Positions 1-10,291 of a stretch of 64,000 bases of DNA are shown here, piece after piece. Each line of letters begins with the position of its first letter. Within the stretch, counting starts at the first letter, position 1. Source of the DNA: an uncultured delta proteobacterium (GTDB lineage Bacteria; Desulfobacterota; Binatia; Binatales; Binataceae); assembly GCA_963794325.1 (NCBI GenBank), contig CAWCDG010000002.1, positions 64,001-128,000 on the forward strand. The letters run 5' to 3'. Below the pieces are notes generated by a model, which ran no database searches, was not told the DNA's origin, and worked only from the letters and a program-made list of their open reading frames with translations. Made by a program: the position numbers and the translations under genes.

Positions 1-335
1 GTCCCGACCTCGTGATCGAGTGCACCGGCCACGTCGAAGTCTGGCAGGACGCATTCGCGCGGGTGCGCCGCGGAGGGCGCGTCGTTTTTTTCGGCGGATG
101 TCCAACCGGCACCGCACTCAATGTCGATACGCGACGGATGCATTACGACAACCTGACGCTGATGGCGCCGTTTCATTATCGGCCGCGCGACGTGCGTCGT
201 GCTTACGAATTGCTGGCGGGACGCGCGCTGAACGCTGGCGCGATCGTCAACGCTCGAATGCGGCTCAGCAATCTGGCGCAAGTATTTGAGATGCTCGAGC
301 GCGGCGTGGTACTGAAGTGCGCCGTGATTCCATGA
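1..335 (+). CDS. Zn-dependent alcohol dehydrogenase (MDR family), C-terminal part, truncated by the window edge
   Basis: DLVIECTG...GGRVVFFGG...LKCAVIP is a typical MDR C-terminus; stop lies just upstream of shc. Confidence 0.75.
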   Translation, partial: PDLVIECTGHVEVWQDAFARVRRGGRVVFFGGCPTGTALNVDTRRMHYDNLTLMAPFHYRPRDVRRAYELLAGRALNAGAIVNARMRLSNLAQVFEMLERGVVLKCAVIP

Positions 336-346
336 GGGATGAAAAC

Positions 347-2305
347 ATGAATCAGGCCATTGAAATTGGAAACACGGCGATTGCGATGTCGCCGCATGAC
401 GAGTTCGTCGCGAAGATTGATTACACCGTCGATCGCGCCCAGCGCGCGCTGCTCGCACTGCAGAAGCCCGAGGGCTACTGGCATGCGCCGCTCGAAGCGA
501 ACGCGGAGATGAACGCCGAGTTCATCATCTTCAATCATTTCATGGACACGGTTGACGTCGAGACCGAGGCGCGCCTGAAGAAGCACCTGCTGGACGCGCA
601 GAGTGCGGACGGGAGCTGGGCGCTGTACCAGGGCGGCGAAGGCTATCTCTCGACGACGATCGAAAGTTATTTTGCGCTGAAGCTTACCGGCATGCGCGCG
701 GGCGACGAGCCGCTGGCGGCCGCGCGGCGCTGGATTCTGTCGAAAGGCGGAATCGTAAACTGCGGAACGCTGGCGCGCTTCTACCTCGCGTCGATGGGGC
801 AGATAACCTGGGAGGCGACTGCTGCGTTGCCGGTCGAGCTCTCGCTGTTCCCGAATTGGTTCCCGTTCAACATTTACGAGCTTGGATCGTGGGCGCGCGG
901 AACTCTGATGGCCCTCACGCTGCTGCAAGCGGCGCGTCCCGAGAAAAAAATCGACTACCAGCGCGGGGTGCTCGAGCTCTACATCGAGCCGCCGCATTTC
1001 ACGAAGTTCAAACAGCCGCGCGGAAAAAAATTGCTGTCATTGCGCAATGCATTGAACCTCGCTGACAAGGCGCTGCGCTTCTACGATCGCCACAAAATAA
1101 AATCCCTGCGCGCCCGCGCGATGCGCCATACGGAAGAATGGTTGCTCGAACATCAGGAGGCCAACGGCTCATGGGGTGGAATCGAGCCGTGCTACTTGTT
1201 GAGCGCGATGGCTCTGAAAGCCAACGGCTACCGCAACGACCATCCGGTGCTGAAGAAGGCGCTCGAGGCGTCGCAGGAACTGATCTGGCATTTCAGCGAC
1301 AACGACATGTACATGCCGTGCGTTTCCGTCAACTGGGACACCGCGCTTGCGGGACGCGCGCTGCTCGATTCCGGCGTGGTTGGCGACGATCCGGGAATCA
1401 AACGCACCAATCAATGGCTGATCGATCATCAGATTTTTAAAAAAGGCGATTGGTCGATCAAACGTCCCGATCTGGAGCCCGGCGGATGGGCGTTCGAATT
1501 CTACAACGATAACTATCCTGACGTGGACGATTCCGCGGTGATTCTGTCGGTGCTGGCGGACTCACAACTCGACGACGCCGCCGCAAAAGAGCGCGCAGTT
1601 CGCGTCGGCGCCAATTGGGTGATGGGGATGCAATCGAGCGACGGCGGTTTTGCCGCGTTCGATGCCGACAACAACTCGACCTGGCTGAATCATCTGCCAC
1701 TGGCCGACGTCGAGGCGGTCACCGATCCGTCGTGTCCCGACCTTACCGGTCACGTGCTCGAAATGATGGCGTCGGTCGGATATCGCGCCGACCATCCGGT
1801 GGCAAAACGCGCGATCGAATGGCTCAAGAAAAATCAGGCGAACCACGGCGGATGGTGGGGACGCTGGGGCATCAACTATCTCTATGGCTCTCACTGCGCT
1901 CTGGCCGGTTTGCGCGCGATCGGCGTCGATATGAACGAGCCCTGGATCAAGCGCTCGGTCGCATGGATCAAATCGAAGCAGAATCCTGACGGCGGTTGGG
2001 GTGAAAGCCCGCTGTCCGACAAGGATCCTGCCTGGCACGGGCGCGGAACGAGCACGGCTTCACAGACTGCATGGGCGCTTATCGGGTTGGTTGCGGGCGA
2101 AGATCAAGTGAGTGAACACGCGATGCGCGGCGCGCAATGGCTCTCAGAGCGGCAGAACGAAGATGGCACTTGGGATGAGCGTGAGTCGACCGGCAACGGA
2201 TTCCCCAATCATTTTTATCTTCGCTACCACATGTACCCACTTTATTTTCCGCTGATGGCGCTCGGGCGATTTCGAAAACGATTGGCGGAGACGCCGTCGC
2301 ACTGA
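347..2305 (+). CDS. shc: Squalene-hopene cyclase
   Basis: Catalytic DVDD motif (YPDVDDSA) and repeated QW motifs (QSADGSW, QEANGSW, QNPDGGW, QNEDGTW); start chosen at ATG 347 after GAGGG. Confidence 0.97.
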   Translation: MNQAIEIGNTAIAMSPHDEFVAKIDYTVDRAQRALLALQKPEGYWHAPLEANAEMNAEFIIFNHFMDTVDVETEARLKKHLLDAQSADGSWALYQGGEGYLSTTIESYFALKLTGMRAGDEPLAAARRWILSKGGIVNCGTLARFYLASMGQITWEATAALPVELSLFPNWFPFNIYELGSWARGTLMALTLLQAARPEKKIDYQRGVLELYIEPPHFTKFKQPRGKKLLSLRNALNLADKALRFYDRHKIKSLRARAMRHTEEWLLEHQEANGSWGGIEPCYLLSAMALKANGYRNDHPVLKKALEASQELIWHFSDNDMYMPCVSVNWDTALAGRALLDSGVVGDDPGIKRTNQWLIDHQIFKKGDWSIKRPDLEPGGWAFEFYNDNYPDVDDSAVILSVLADSQLDDAAAKERAVRVGANWVMGMQSSDGGFAAFDADNNSTWLNHLPLADVEAVTDPSCPDLTGHVLEMMASVGYRADHPVAKRAIEWLKKNQANHGGWWGRWGINYLYGSHCALAGLRAIGVDMNEPWIKRSVAWIKSKQNPDGGWGESPLSDKDPAWHGRGTSTASQTAWALIGLVAGEDQVSEHAMRGAQWLSERQNEDGTWDERESTGNGFPNHFYLRYHMYPLYFPLMALGRFRKRLAETPSH

Positions 2306-2315
2306 GCGCCTCGCG

Positions 2316-3485
2316 ATGAAAGCGATTTCAATCCTCGGCTCGACCGGATCGGTCGGCGTCACGACGCTGGATGTAGTCGGGCGCTTCAGCGATCGATTTC
2401 GCGTGGTCGCGATGGCCGCCGGACGCAATCTCGATCTGCTGACCGATCAGGTGAAGCGGTTTCATCCAGAACTGGTTTCCGTGGCGACGCCCGAACTTGC
2501 GCGTGATCTCGCGACGCGCCTCGATAAACATCGCGTGACGATCGTGCACGGACTCGAAGGCGCGATCTGTGTCGCGACGCATCCCGAGGCGAAGCTGCTG
2601 ATGTCGGCGCTGGTCGGTGCGATGGGATTGCAGCCGACACTCGCGGCAATCAAGGCCGGCAAGGACATCGCATTTGCCAACAAGGAAGTGCTGGTGATTG
2701 CCGGTGAGCTCATCACGTCGGCGGTGCGCGAGAATAGAGTGCGGTTGCTGCCGGTGGACAGCGAGCACAACGCGATTTTTCAATGCCTCGAAGGGCGCGG
2801 TCGCGAGTATTTGAAGCGGATAATTCTGACCGCGTCAGGCGGTCCGTTTCGCGAGCTGCCCGCCGCGAGTTTCGAATCGATCACCGTCGAGCAGGCGCTG
2901 AAGCATCCGACCTGGGTGATGGGCAGCAAGATTACGATCGACTCCGCGACCTTGATGAACAAGGGTCTCGAGGTGATCGAAGCGCGCTGGCTGTTCGACC
3001 TCAAGGCCGCCGAAGTTTCCGTCGTCATTCATCCGCAGAGCGTGATCCATTCGATGGTCGAGATGATTGACGGCTCGGTGATCGCGGAGATGGCGATCCC
3101 CGACATGGCGATTCCGGTCGCGTACGCGCTTGCGTATCCGGAACGCTTGCCGATGACCCATCTGAAGCCGCTGTCCCTCGCGGAAAATTCGCGGCTTACG
3201 TTTGAGGAGCCCGACTTGCGACGCTTCCCGTGTCTGCGGCTCGCCTACGACGCGCTCGCCGCCGGCAACACGATGACCGCATGCCTCAACGCCGCCAACG
3301 AGGAGCTGGTCGCGGGATTCCTCGCGGGCCGTGTGCGGTTCACTGACATACCGCGCCACATCGAGACGGTGATGAATCGGCATCACAACTCGGCGGCGCG
3401 GACGATCGAAGATTTGCTCGAGACCGACGGATGGGCGCGCTCCGCGGCCCGCGAACTTATCGGAGCGCGACCGGTCGCAGCTTGA
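2316..3485 (+). CDS. dxr: 1-deoxy-D-xylulose-5-phosphate reductoisomerase
   Basis: ILGSTGSVG, ANKE, LPVDSEHNAIFQ, TASGGPFR, HPTWVMGSKITIDSATLMNKGLE motifs. Confidence 0.98.
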   Translation: MKAISILGSTGSVGVTTLDVVGRFSDRFRVVAMAAGRNLDLLTDQVKRFHPELVSVATPELARDLATRLDKHRVTIVHGLEGAICVATHPEAKLLMSALVGAMGLQPTLAAIKAGKDIAFANKEVLVIAGELITSAVRENRVRLLPVDSEHNAIFQCLEGRGREYLKRIILTASGGPFRELPAASFESITVEQALKHPTWVMGSKITIDSATLMNKGLEVIEARWLFDLKAAEVSVVIHPQSVIHSMVEMIDGSVIAEMAIPDMAIPVAYALAYPERLPMTHLKPLSLAENSRLTFEEPDLRRFPCLRLAYDALAAGNTMTACLNAANEELVAGFLAGRVRFTDIPRHIETVMNRHHNSAARTIEDLLETDGWARSAARELIGARPVAA

Positions 3486-3486
3486 G

Positions 3487-4416
3487 ATGATGGCAAACGC
3501 GCAGGTCAGCGAACACGGCGGGGCAACCTCGTACGCGTCGAGCACGGTGCGCGACGCATCGATACCGCCCGGAACTTTCGACGTCGCGAGCGCGTACGAA
3601 TTCTGCGCGCGGCTGGCGAAGTCGCACTACGAAAATTTCACCGTCGCGTCGTGGCTGATGCCGCGCGAGATGCGTCCGCACATGTACGCGATCTACGCCT
3701 ACGCCCGAATGGCCGACGATTTCGCCGACGAGCATCACGACCGCGCGATGCTCGACGATTGGGAGCGCGAGCTCGACCTCGCGTACGCCGGCACTCCGCG
3801 CCATCCGGTGTTTATCGCGCTCGCCGACACGGTGCAGCGCTTCGAGATTCCGCGCGATCCGTTCAAGGATCTGCTCACCGCGTTTCGATCCGACGTCGAT
3901 TTCAAGGGCTTCGACACGCTCGACGATCTGCTCGGATACTCGCGCTACTCGGCGAATCCCGTCGGACGGCTGGTGCTCTACCTGTTCGGCTATCGCGACG
4001 CCGAACGCCAGCATCTGTCGGACCTGGTCTGCAGCGGATTGCAGCTCGCGAATTTCTGGCAGGACGTCGCAATCGATCTCGACAAGAGGCGAATCTACAT
4101 TCCGCGCCGCGACCTGGCTCGATTCGGCGTCACGCCGGCCGACCTCGCGGCGCATACGTCGTCGCGCGAGTTCATCGATCTGATGCGTCATGAAGTCGGC
4201 GTCGCGAGGACGATGCTGCTCGAGGGCGGCGAACTGCACAAGCGCGTGGACAAGCGCCTGCGTCGCGACATCGTGATGTTCGCGGGCGGCGGGCTTGCGA
4301 TCCTGCGCGCCATCGATCGCGTCAACTACGACGTGTTCCGGAAGCGCCCGGAACTGGAGAAACTCGATTACCTGAAACTTGGATGGAGCGCGCTCCGTGG
4401 GCGACTTGAAGGCTGA
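3487..4416 (+). CDS. hpnC: Squalene synthase HpnC
   Basis: HYENFTVAS, ARMADDFADE, YSRYSANPVGRLVL, LQLANFWQDV; hopanoid cluster context. Confidence 0.93.
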   Translation: MMANAQVSEHGGATSYASSTVRDASIPPGTFDVASAYEFCARLAKSHYENFTVASWLMPREMRPHMYAIYAYARMADDFADEHHDRAMLDDWERELDLAYAGTPRHPVFIALADTVQRFEIPRDPFKDLLTAFRSDVDFKGFDTLDDLLGYSRYSANPVGRLVLYLFGYRDAERQHLSDLVCSGLQLANFWQDVAIDLDKRRIYIPRRDLARFGVTPADLAAHTSSREFIDLMRHEVGVARTMLLEGGELHKRVDKRLRRDIVMFAGGGLAILRAIDRVNYDVFRKRPELEKLDYLKLGWSALRGRLEG

Positions 4417-5320
4417 CGGAGGCTCTGGGAGCCTCACGGAAGCGGCGGCCGCCAATGGCGCGTCGCTCGACGCCGATTACGAACGCTGCGCGCAAATCAC
4501 GCGGCGCTCGCGCTCGAGCTTTTACTACGCCTTCATTTTGCTCCCGCCCGAACGTCGCCGCGCACTGCATGCGGTCTACGCGTTCTGCCGTTTTATCGAC
4601 GACATCGCCGACGACGAAGCGATTCGCGAGCCCGCTCTCCTGCTCGAGCGATGGCGCGAGGAACTCGACCGCGTCTATTCGGGCTCGCCGACGCGCGCGC
4701 TCTCCCGTGCGCTCGCCGATAGCGCGCGACGCTTTAAGATTCCGCGCGATCTGTTCGAAGAAATCATCAATGGCGTCGAAATGGACCTGTCGCGCAAGCG
4801 CTATCAGAGCTGGGAAGAGCTGCGGCCGTACTGCTATCGCGTCGCCTCGGCGCTCGGCCTTATCTGCATCGAAATATTCGGCTATTCGAATCCGTCGGCG
4901 AAACTCTACGCGGAAAATCTTGGACTGGCGCTTCAGTTGACCAACATACTGCGCGACGTGCGCGAGGACGCCGATCGTGGCCGGATCTATCTGCCGCTGG
5001 AAGACCTCGCGCGCTTCAACGTCAACGAGCAGGAAATTCTCGGCGGGGTCTATTCGCCCAACTTCGTCAGCCTGATGGACTTCGAGGCGCGACGCGCGCG
5101 CGAACTCTACGCCCTCGCGCAAAGCGAGCTCGCGGCTGAAGATCGCGCGACTCTCCTGACTGCCGAGGCGATGCGCCTCATCTACGCCGCGCTGCTCGAA
5201 CGCATCATCAAATCCAACTATCGCGTGCTCGACCGCCGCCACAGCCTGTCCGCGCCGCACAAGCTCTACCTCGTCGGCCGCGCGTGGGCAGAAGGACGCT
5301 TCAGCGCGTTGCGCGGCTAA
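4397..5320 (+). CDS. hpnD: Presqualene diphosphate synthase HpnD
   Basis: SSFYYAF, FCRFIDDIAD, YCYRVAS, LQLTNILRDVREDA; start uncertain (4379-4406). Confidence 0.92.
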   Translation: MGDLKADGGSGSLTEAAAANGASLDADYERCAQITRRSRSSFYYAFILLPPERRRALHAVYAFCRFIDDIADDEAIREPALLLERWREELDRVYSGSPTRALSRALADSARRFKIPRDLFEEIINGVEMDLSRKRYQSWEELRPYCYRVASALGLICIEIFGYSNPSAKLYAENLGLALQLTNILRDVREDADRGRIYLPLEDLARFNVNEQEILGGVYSPNFVSLMDFEARRARELYALAQSELAAEDRATLLTAEAMRLIYAALLERIIKSNYRVLDRRHSLSAPHKLYLVGRAWAEGRFSALRG

Positions 5321-6685
5321 ATGGCATCCGCGAAAAACGTGATCGTAATCGGCGCAGGGTTCGCAGGCCTCAGCTGTGCGGTCGCGCTCGCGGAGCGTGG
5401 CGTGCGAGTCACCGTGCTCGAAGGAAAGCCTGCGCTGGGCGGGCGCGCGTATTCGTTCGCCGATCCCGACACCGGCGATTTCGTCGACAACGGACAGCAC
5501 GTCCTGATGGGCTGTTACACTGAGACGCTGGACTTCCTGAAACGCATCGGCGCCTACGATCAGTTGGTGTTCCAGGACGATCTGAAAATCGAGATGCTCG
5601 CGGGTCCGGGACAAAGTGCGATGCTGAAAACGGCGCGTCTCCCCGGACCTTTGCACATGACGGCCGCCTTGTTCGGTTATCGGCATTTGAGCATCTCGCA
5701 GCGGCTCAGCGTTATGCGTGGCGGTCTGCGCATGCTCGCGATGAGACGATTCGGCGGCAGCGAACTGCGTCGCCTCAGCGTCGCGCAGCTGATGGATCGC
5801 CTCGGGCAATCGGAACATGCGCGCCAATGCTTCTGGTATCCGCTGTCGATCGCGACGCTCAACGACGAGCCCGATTCGTCGTCGGCGCAGCAGTTGGTCG
5901 AAGTTCTCAGGCGCGCGTTTTTTTCGCGCCGGCGCCGCGACTCCGCCTTCGTCTATTCGCGCGTCGGGTTGACCGATCTTTATTGCATCGGCGCGACGCG
6001 ATTGATCGAGCGCGCCGGCGGCACCGTGCTCTCGCACTCGATCGTCGAGATGCTGGAGCTGGGCACCGGTGGCAACGTCGCAGGCGTGCGGCTGCGCGAC
6101 GGGCGGCGAATCGAAGCGTCGGATTTCATCAGCGCGGTGCCGGCGCCTCAGTTGCTCCGCTTCCTGCCTGAAAACGCGGTCGCGGATCCATTTTTCTCGC
6201 GCTTCACCGGGCTGTCGGGCTCGCCAATCATTTGCGTGCACGTGTGGCTCGATCGCGAAGTGACTAATTCAGCGTTCATCGGTTTCATCGGCACCACTAC
6301 TCAATGGCTATTCAACAAGCGTCAGATATTCGCGCAACGCGGCGAGGCGCATCCGGGATATCTGAGCTTTGTGATCAGCGGCGCGCGCAAGCTGGTCGAG
6401 CGCAGCAGCCAGGAAATTGTGGATATCGTGATTAACGATCTTCACGCGATGATCCCCGCGTCGCGCGAGGCCAAAGTCGTAAAGTCCCTGGTGCTCAAGG
6501 AGAAAAATGCGACGATGGCGCCGGACCTTCGCTCGCAGGAATTGCGCCCGACCGCGAAGACGCCAATCGCGAACTTCTTTTTGGCCGGCGACTGGATTCA
6601 AACCAAACTGCCCGCGACGATTGAAAGCGCCGTGATTTCGGGGCGCGCCGCTGCCGCGGCAGTCCTCTCGCGCTCCGCGGGATAG
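5321..6685 (+). CDS. hpnE: Hydroxysqualene dehydroxylase HpnE (FAD-dependent)
   Basis: GAGFAGLS FAD motif, DNGQHVLMGCY, LAGDW...PATIESAV; follows hpnCD. Confidence 0.93.
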   Translation: MASAKNVIVIGAGFAGLSCAVALAERGVRVTVLEGKPALGGRAYSFADPDTGDFVDNGQHVLMGCYTETLDFLKRIGAYDQLVFQDDLKIEMLAGPGQSAMLKTARLPGPLHMTAALFGYRHLSISQRLSVMRGGLRMLAMRRFGGSELRRLSVAQLMDRLGQSEHARQCFWYPLSIATLNDEPDSSSAQQLVEVLRRAFFSRRRRDSAFVYSRVGLTDLYCIGATRLIERAGGTVLSHSIVEMLELGTGGNVAGVRLRDGRRIEASDFISAVPAPQLLRFLPENAVADPFFSRFTGLSGSPIICVHVWLDREVTNSAFIGFIGTTTQWLFNKRQIFAQRGEAHPGYLSFVISGARKLVERSSQEIVDIVINDLHAMIPASREAKVVKSLVLKEKNATMAPDLRSQELRPTAKTPIANFFLAGDWIQTKLPATIESAVISGRAAAAAVLSRSAG

Positions 6686-6702
6686 TTATTGACTAATCGC
6701 GA

Positions 6703-7719
6703 TTGACTAATCGAATGACTACCAAGTTAGCACTGGTCACTGGCGGCAACGGATTCGTGGGATGCCACGTGGTGCGCGCCCTGATTGCTCGCGGCGACCG
6801 GGTCCGTGTGCTGGCGCGCGAGAATGCCGACTTGAGTGCGCTGGCTGGCTTGCCGGTGGAAATCGTACGCGGCGACCTGCGGCATTTCGACTCGGTCGCG
6901 CGCGCGGTGATTGGATGCAACGAGGTCTATCACGTCGCCGCTGACTACCGCCTGTGGCTGACCGATCCGGCGCCGATGTATGCGAGCAACGTCAACGGCA
7001 CCGAGCACGTTATTCGCGCCGCCACTGCCGCGAACGTGTCGCGGATCGTTTACACCAGCACGGTCGGCGCCCTCGGGATTCCGCATGGCGGCGTCGGATG
7101 CGAAGATACGCCGTCGTCGCTGGCTGCGATGCCCGGTCATTACAAGCGTTCGAAGTACATGGCGGAGCAGGCGGCCCTCGAGGCCGCGCGCGCCGGCGCG
7201 CCGGTGGTGATCGTTAATCCTTCCACGCCAATCGGTGCGCTGGACTTCAAGCCGACGCCTACCGGCCGAATTATCGTGGATTTCCTCGGTCGGCGGATGC
7301 CCGCGTACGTCGAGACCGGGCTCAACATCGTCGATGTCGAAGATGTCGCACGAGGCCATCTGCTGGCGGCGGAGCGCGGCCGAATCGGCGAGAAATATAT
7401 TCTTGGCGGCGAAAATCTGACGCTCAAGGAATTTCTCGGACGCCTTGCCGCGATTTCCGGAATGCCTGCGCCCCGGGTGAGAATCCCGTACGCTGTCGCG
7501 CTCGGCTATGCGCTCGGCGCTGAAGCATTTGCGCGCACCGTCACGCGCCGCGCACCGCGCGCGAGCCTGACCGAGGTACGGATGGCGCGCAAGCATATGT
7601 TCTTCGACTCCTCGAAGGCGCGCGCCGAGTTGGGATATTCGCCCGGGCCCATCGACGTGGCGATAACCGCGGCGATTGAATTTTTCAGAAGCAGAGGAAC
7701 GGCGCGGAGCGCCGCATAG
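6703..7719 (+). CDS. hpnA: Hopanoid-associated NAD-dependent epimerase/dehydratase HpnA
   Basis: VTGGNGFVG, HVAADYRLW, YKRSK, KPTPTGRII motifs; start 6703 (TTG) or 6715 (ATG). Confidence 0.9.
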   Translation: MTNRMTTKLALVTGGNGFVGCHVVRALIARGDRVRVLARENADLSALAGLPVEIVRGDLRHFDSVARAVIGCNEVYHVAADYRLWLTDPAPMYASNVNGTEHVIRAATAANVSRIVYTSTVGALGIPHGGVGCEDTPSSLAAMPGHYKRSKYMAEQAALEAARAGAPVVIVNPSTPIGALDFKPTPTGRIIVDFLGRRMPAYVETGLNIVDVEDVARGHLLAAERGRIGEKYILGGENLTLKEFLGRLAAISGMPAPRVRIPYAVALGYALGAEAFARTVTRRAPRASLTEVRMARKHMFFDSSKARAELGYSPGPIDVAITAAIEFFRSRGTARSAA

Positions 7720-7721
7720 GC

Positions 7722-8627
7722 TTGCGCATGCACCTGCTGATATCCACCATCGCTCTGCGCCCGTACGTTTTCATCTTCCTGGCGAGTTTTCTGTTTATCG
7801 CGATCGTGAACTTCGGTCTGCGCACGACGCTCCTGTTCACCGTGCTGACCTACGCCGTCTCGCTCGGGTGCGAGTGGTCTTCCATCCACAACGGATTCCC
7901 GTTCGGGCTGTATCATTATATAGACGCGACCCGCGCGCGCGAGATTTGGGTCTTCGGCGTCCCGTTCATGGACTCGTTGTCGTTCACCTTCCTCGCATTT
8001 GCCAGTTACACGGTCGCGCTGTTGCTGAGCTCGCCGCTCTATCGGCGCGGTGCGGACGTTCGAACTCTCGACACATGGAAAATCCGCCGCGCGCCGCGAG
8101 TATGGCTGATGGCGGCGCTGTTCATGGTGATGGTGGACATGGTGGTCGATCCGTTGAGCGTGCTGGGCGACCGATGGTTCCTCGGCAAAATTTTCTGGTA
8201 CGACCCGCCGGGCCCGCATTTCGGCGTCCCGATCAGCAACTACCTCGGATGGTTTTTTGTCGCGGCAATCACGATTGCGATCTTTCAGTGGCTCGACGCC
8301 GCCCTGAATCGCGGCTCGACCAAGCCCGCCGGCTCGCTCCCGATGATGCGTTCCCGCGCGCTGCTGGGTCCAATCCTCTACGCCGGGATCGTGACGTTCG
8401 GGATAACGATGCTGTTCCGCATCGATGCGCCGAATATTGGATGGGCGGCGGTTTTCATCTACCTGCCGTTCACGGTGCTCGCGATTCACGTTCTCACCCG
8501 CCGCGAATCCTGGGGCGACGACGCCGCAATCGAGCGTCATCTCGCGGACTTCCCTTACGAGAGAGATCTTCCTGTCTGGAAGCCATCGAGCGCGCGCACG
8601 GCCGAACTGCGCCGCGCCACCGCGTAG
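7722..8627 (+). CDS. Multi-pass membrane protein of the carotenoid biosynthesis / CruF-like hydratase family
   Basis: GFPFGLYHY...FGVPF, DMVVDP, FGVPISNYLGW motifs; about 8 hydrophobic segments. Confidence 0.7.
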   Translation: MRMHLLISTIALRPYVFIFLASFLFIAIVNFGLRTTLLFTVLTYAVSLGCEWSSIHNGFPFGLYHYIDATRAREIWVFGVPFMDSLSFTFLAFASYTVALLLSSPLYRRGADVRTLDTWKIRRAPRVWLMAALFMVMVDMVVDPLSVLGDRWFLGKIFWYDPPGPHFGVPISNYLGWFFVAAITIAIFQWLDAALNRGSTKPAGSLPMMRSRALLGPILYAGIVTFGITMLFRIDAPNIGWAAVFIYLPFTVLAIHVLTRRESWGDDAAIERHLADFPYERDLPVWKPSSARTAELRRATA

Positions 8628-8706
8628 CGCTTCGCTTCCAAATTTTCGCCGAGTATGGCAAGCGTCGATTGTCGAGCGACGATCGCGTCGGCGGAGGTGA
8701 ACTATC

Positions 8707-9504
8707 ATGCTGCTTAAGGACAAAGTTGCGTTGATCACGGGCGCGGGTTCGGGAATCGGGCGTGCCAGCGCCCTTCGATTCGCGCGCGAAGGCGCGAAGT
8801 TGATGATCGCCGACGTGCGCGCGGAATCGGCGAGCAACACCGCCGCCGAGATCGAGAAAGCCGGCGGGGTCGCGAAGTCGCTCTCGGTTGATGTACGCAT
8901 CGGCGCCGAGGTCGAGCGGATGGTCGACGAAACGGTCCGCGCCTTCGGCCGCCTCGACATTCTGTTCAACAACGCCGGCGTGTTCGTGCCCAAAACCGTG
9001 GTCGATACGACCGAAGAGGAATGGGACTGGGTCGTCGACGTGTGCCTGAAGGGCGTTTTCTTCGGCTGCAAGTACGCGATCCCGCAGATGATCAAGCAGG
9101 GCGGCGGCGTGATCATCAACACCGCCAGCGGCGCGGGTATCGAGGGCGTGCCGAATCTTGGCGCCTACCAGGCCGCGAAGGGCGGCGTCGTGATCATGTC
9201 GAAAGGGATCGCGCTCGACTTCGCGCGCCACAAGATTCGATGCGTCTCGATTTGCCCGGGCGTGATCGAAACGCCGATCGCCGAGAATTGTAACACCGTT
9301 CCGGCCGGCGCGTCGTCGTTGGTTTGGGAACGCACCGGCAACATGCATCCGCTGGGCCGCAATGGCAAGCCCGAAGAGGTCGGCGCGCTCGCGGCGTTCC
9401 TCGCATCGGATGAAGCCGGGTTCATCACCGGCGTTGCGGTGCCGATTGACGGCGGATTCAGTGCTGGCGCTTTCGCTCCGCCGGGCCGCGACCGCGCTTC
9501 GTAG
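8707..9504 (+). CDS. Short-chain dehydrogenase/reductase
   Basis: TGAGSGIG, NNAG, YQAAK motifs. Confidence 0.93.
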   Translation: MLLKDKVALITGAGSGIGRASALRFAREGAKLMIADVRAESASNTAAEIEKAGGVAKSLSVDVRIGAEVERMVDETVRAFGRLDILFNNAGVFVPKTVVDTTEEEWDWVVDVCLKGVFFGCKYAIPQMIKQGGGVIINTASGAGIEGVPNLGAYQAAKGGVVIMSKGIALDFARHKIRCVSICPGVIETPIAENCNTVPAGASSLVWERTGNMHPLGRNGKPEEVGALAAFLASDEAGFITGVAVPIDGGFSAGAFAPPGRDRAS

Positions 9505-10261
9505 CATCGGGAGTCTGGCCTTCATATGCGATCGCCGTCAGCGCATCGGCGATCGCGGCGGTCGCGCGCGAGAGATTGCGAATCATCTTCGGCAGCTTGA
9601 GCATCGTCGCCGGATTGCGAATCAAGTAGGACGTCGCGGCAAGCGGCCTGACATTGCCGTGCTCATCTGCCATCTCCGCTCCCACCACTTCATCGTCAAC
9701 TTCGTCGAGTACGGCGCGAATCGCGACGAATGGAATGTTGCGCGCGGCCGCTTCCGAAGCCAACGCGGCGGTTTCCATGTCCACCGCAATCGCCCCGGTA
9801 CTTTCCTTCGCCCGCCGCTTCTCAGCGCCGTTTGCGAGCACGCGATGCGATGTAAGAATCGCGCCGGTCGAGTACGCGATTCCCGCGCTTGCGAGCGACC
9901 GCGCCACCGCGCGCAGATGCGAGTCGCCGACGGCGATCACTTGTTCGTCAAGCCGGCCGTCGCCATCAAGCGTCATCACGCGGTCGGACAGGACAAGGTC
10001 GCCCGGCTTCAGTCCACTCGACAGCGCCCCAACGACCCCGGTTCCGATCACCAATTCAGCGCCGGGTATCGAATCGAATGCGCGGCGCGCCGTTTCGGTT
10101 GCGCGACGATGCCCGATTCCGTGGCCGACGACCGCAAATGTTTTTCCGCCAATCTCCGCGCGGAAGCCATGCAAGCCGTCGAGTGCGAGCGGTGTGCGAT
10201 CGCGCACCCGGCGCTTGAACGGCGCGATCTCACGCGCGAAGGCGTAGAAGAGAAGAATCAA
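9458..10261 (-). CDS. Nucleoside phosphorylase-like protein, HpnG-like
   Basis: GIG, GTGVVGAL, AVDMETAA, FVAIRAVLD of the PNP/MTAN fold; hopanoid context; TTG start. Confidence 0.7.
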   Translation of the reverse strand: MILLFYAFAREIAPFKRRVRDRTPLALDGLHGFRAEIGGKTFAVVGHGIGHRRATETARRAFDSIPGAELVIGTGVVGALSSGLKPGDLVLSDRVMTLDGDGRLDEQVIAVGDSHLRAVARSLASAGIAYSTGAILTSHRVLANGAEKRRAKESTGAIAVDMETAALASEAAARNIPFVAIRAVLDEVDDEVVGAEMADEHGNVRPLAATSYLIRNPATMLKLPKMIRNLSRATAAIADALTAIAYEGQTPDATKRGRGPAERKRQH

Positions 10262-10291
10262 TCCTGTAATCTCATTTTGGCAGCGTCAATT

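Noticed and set aside
4322-6241. Long antisense ORFs (639 aa here; also 7506-9122, 10315-11718, 29526-31544 and others)
   Set aside because: Shadows of well-supported genes on the other strand, common in high-GC DNA; no motifs
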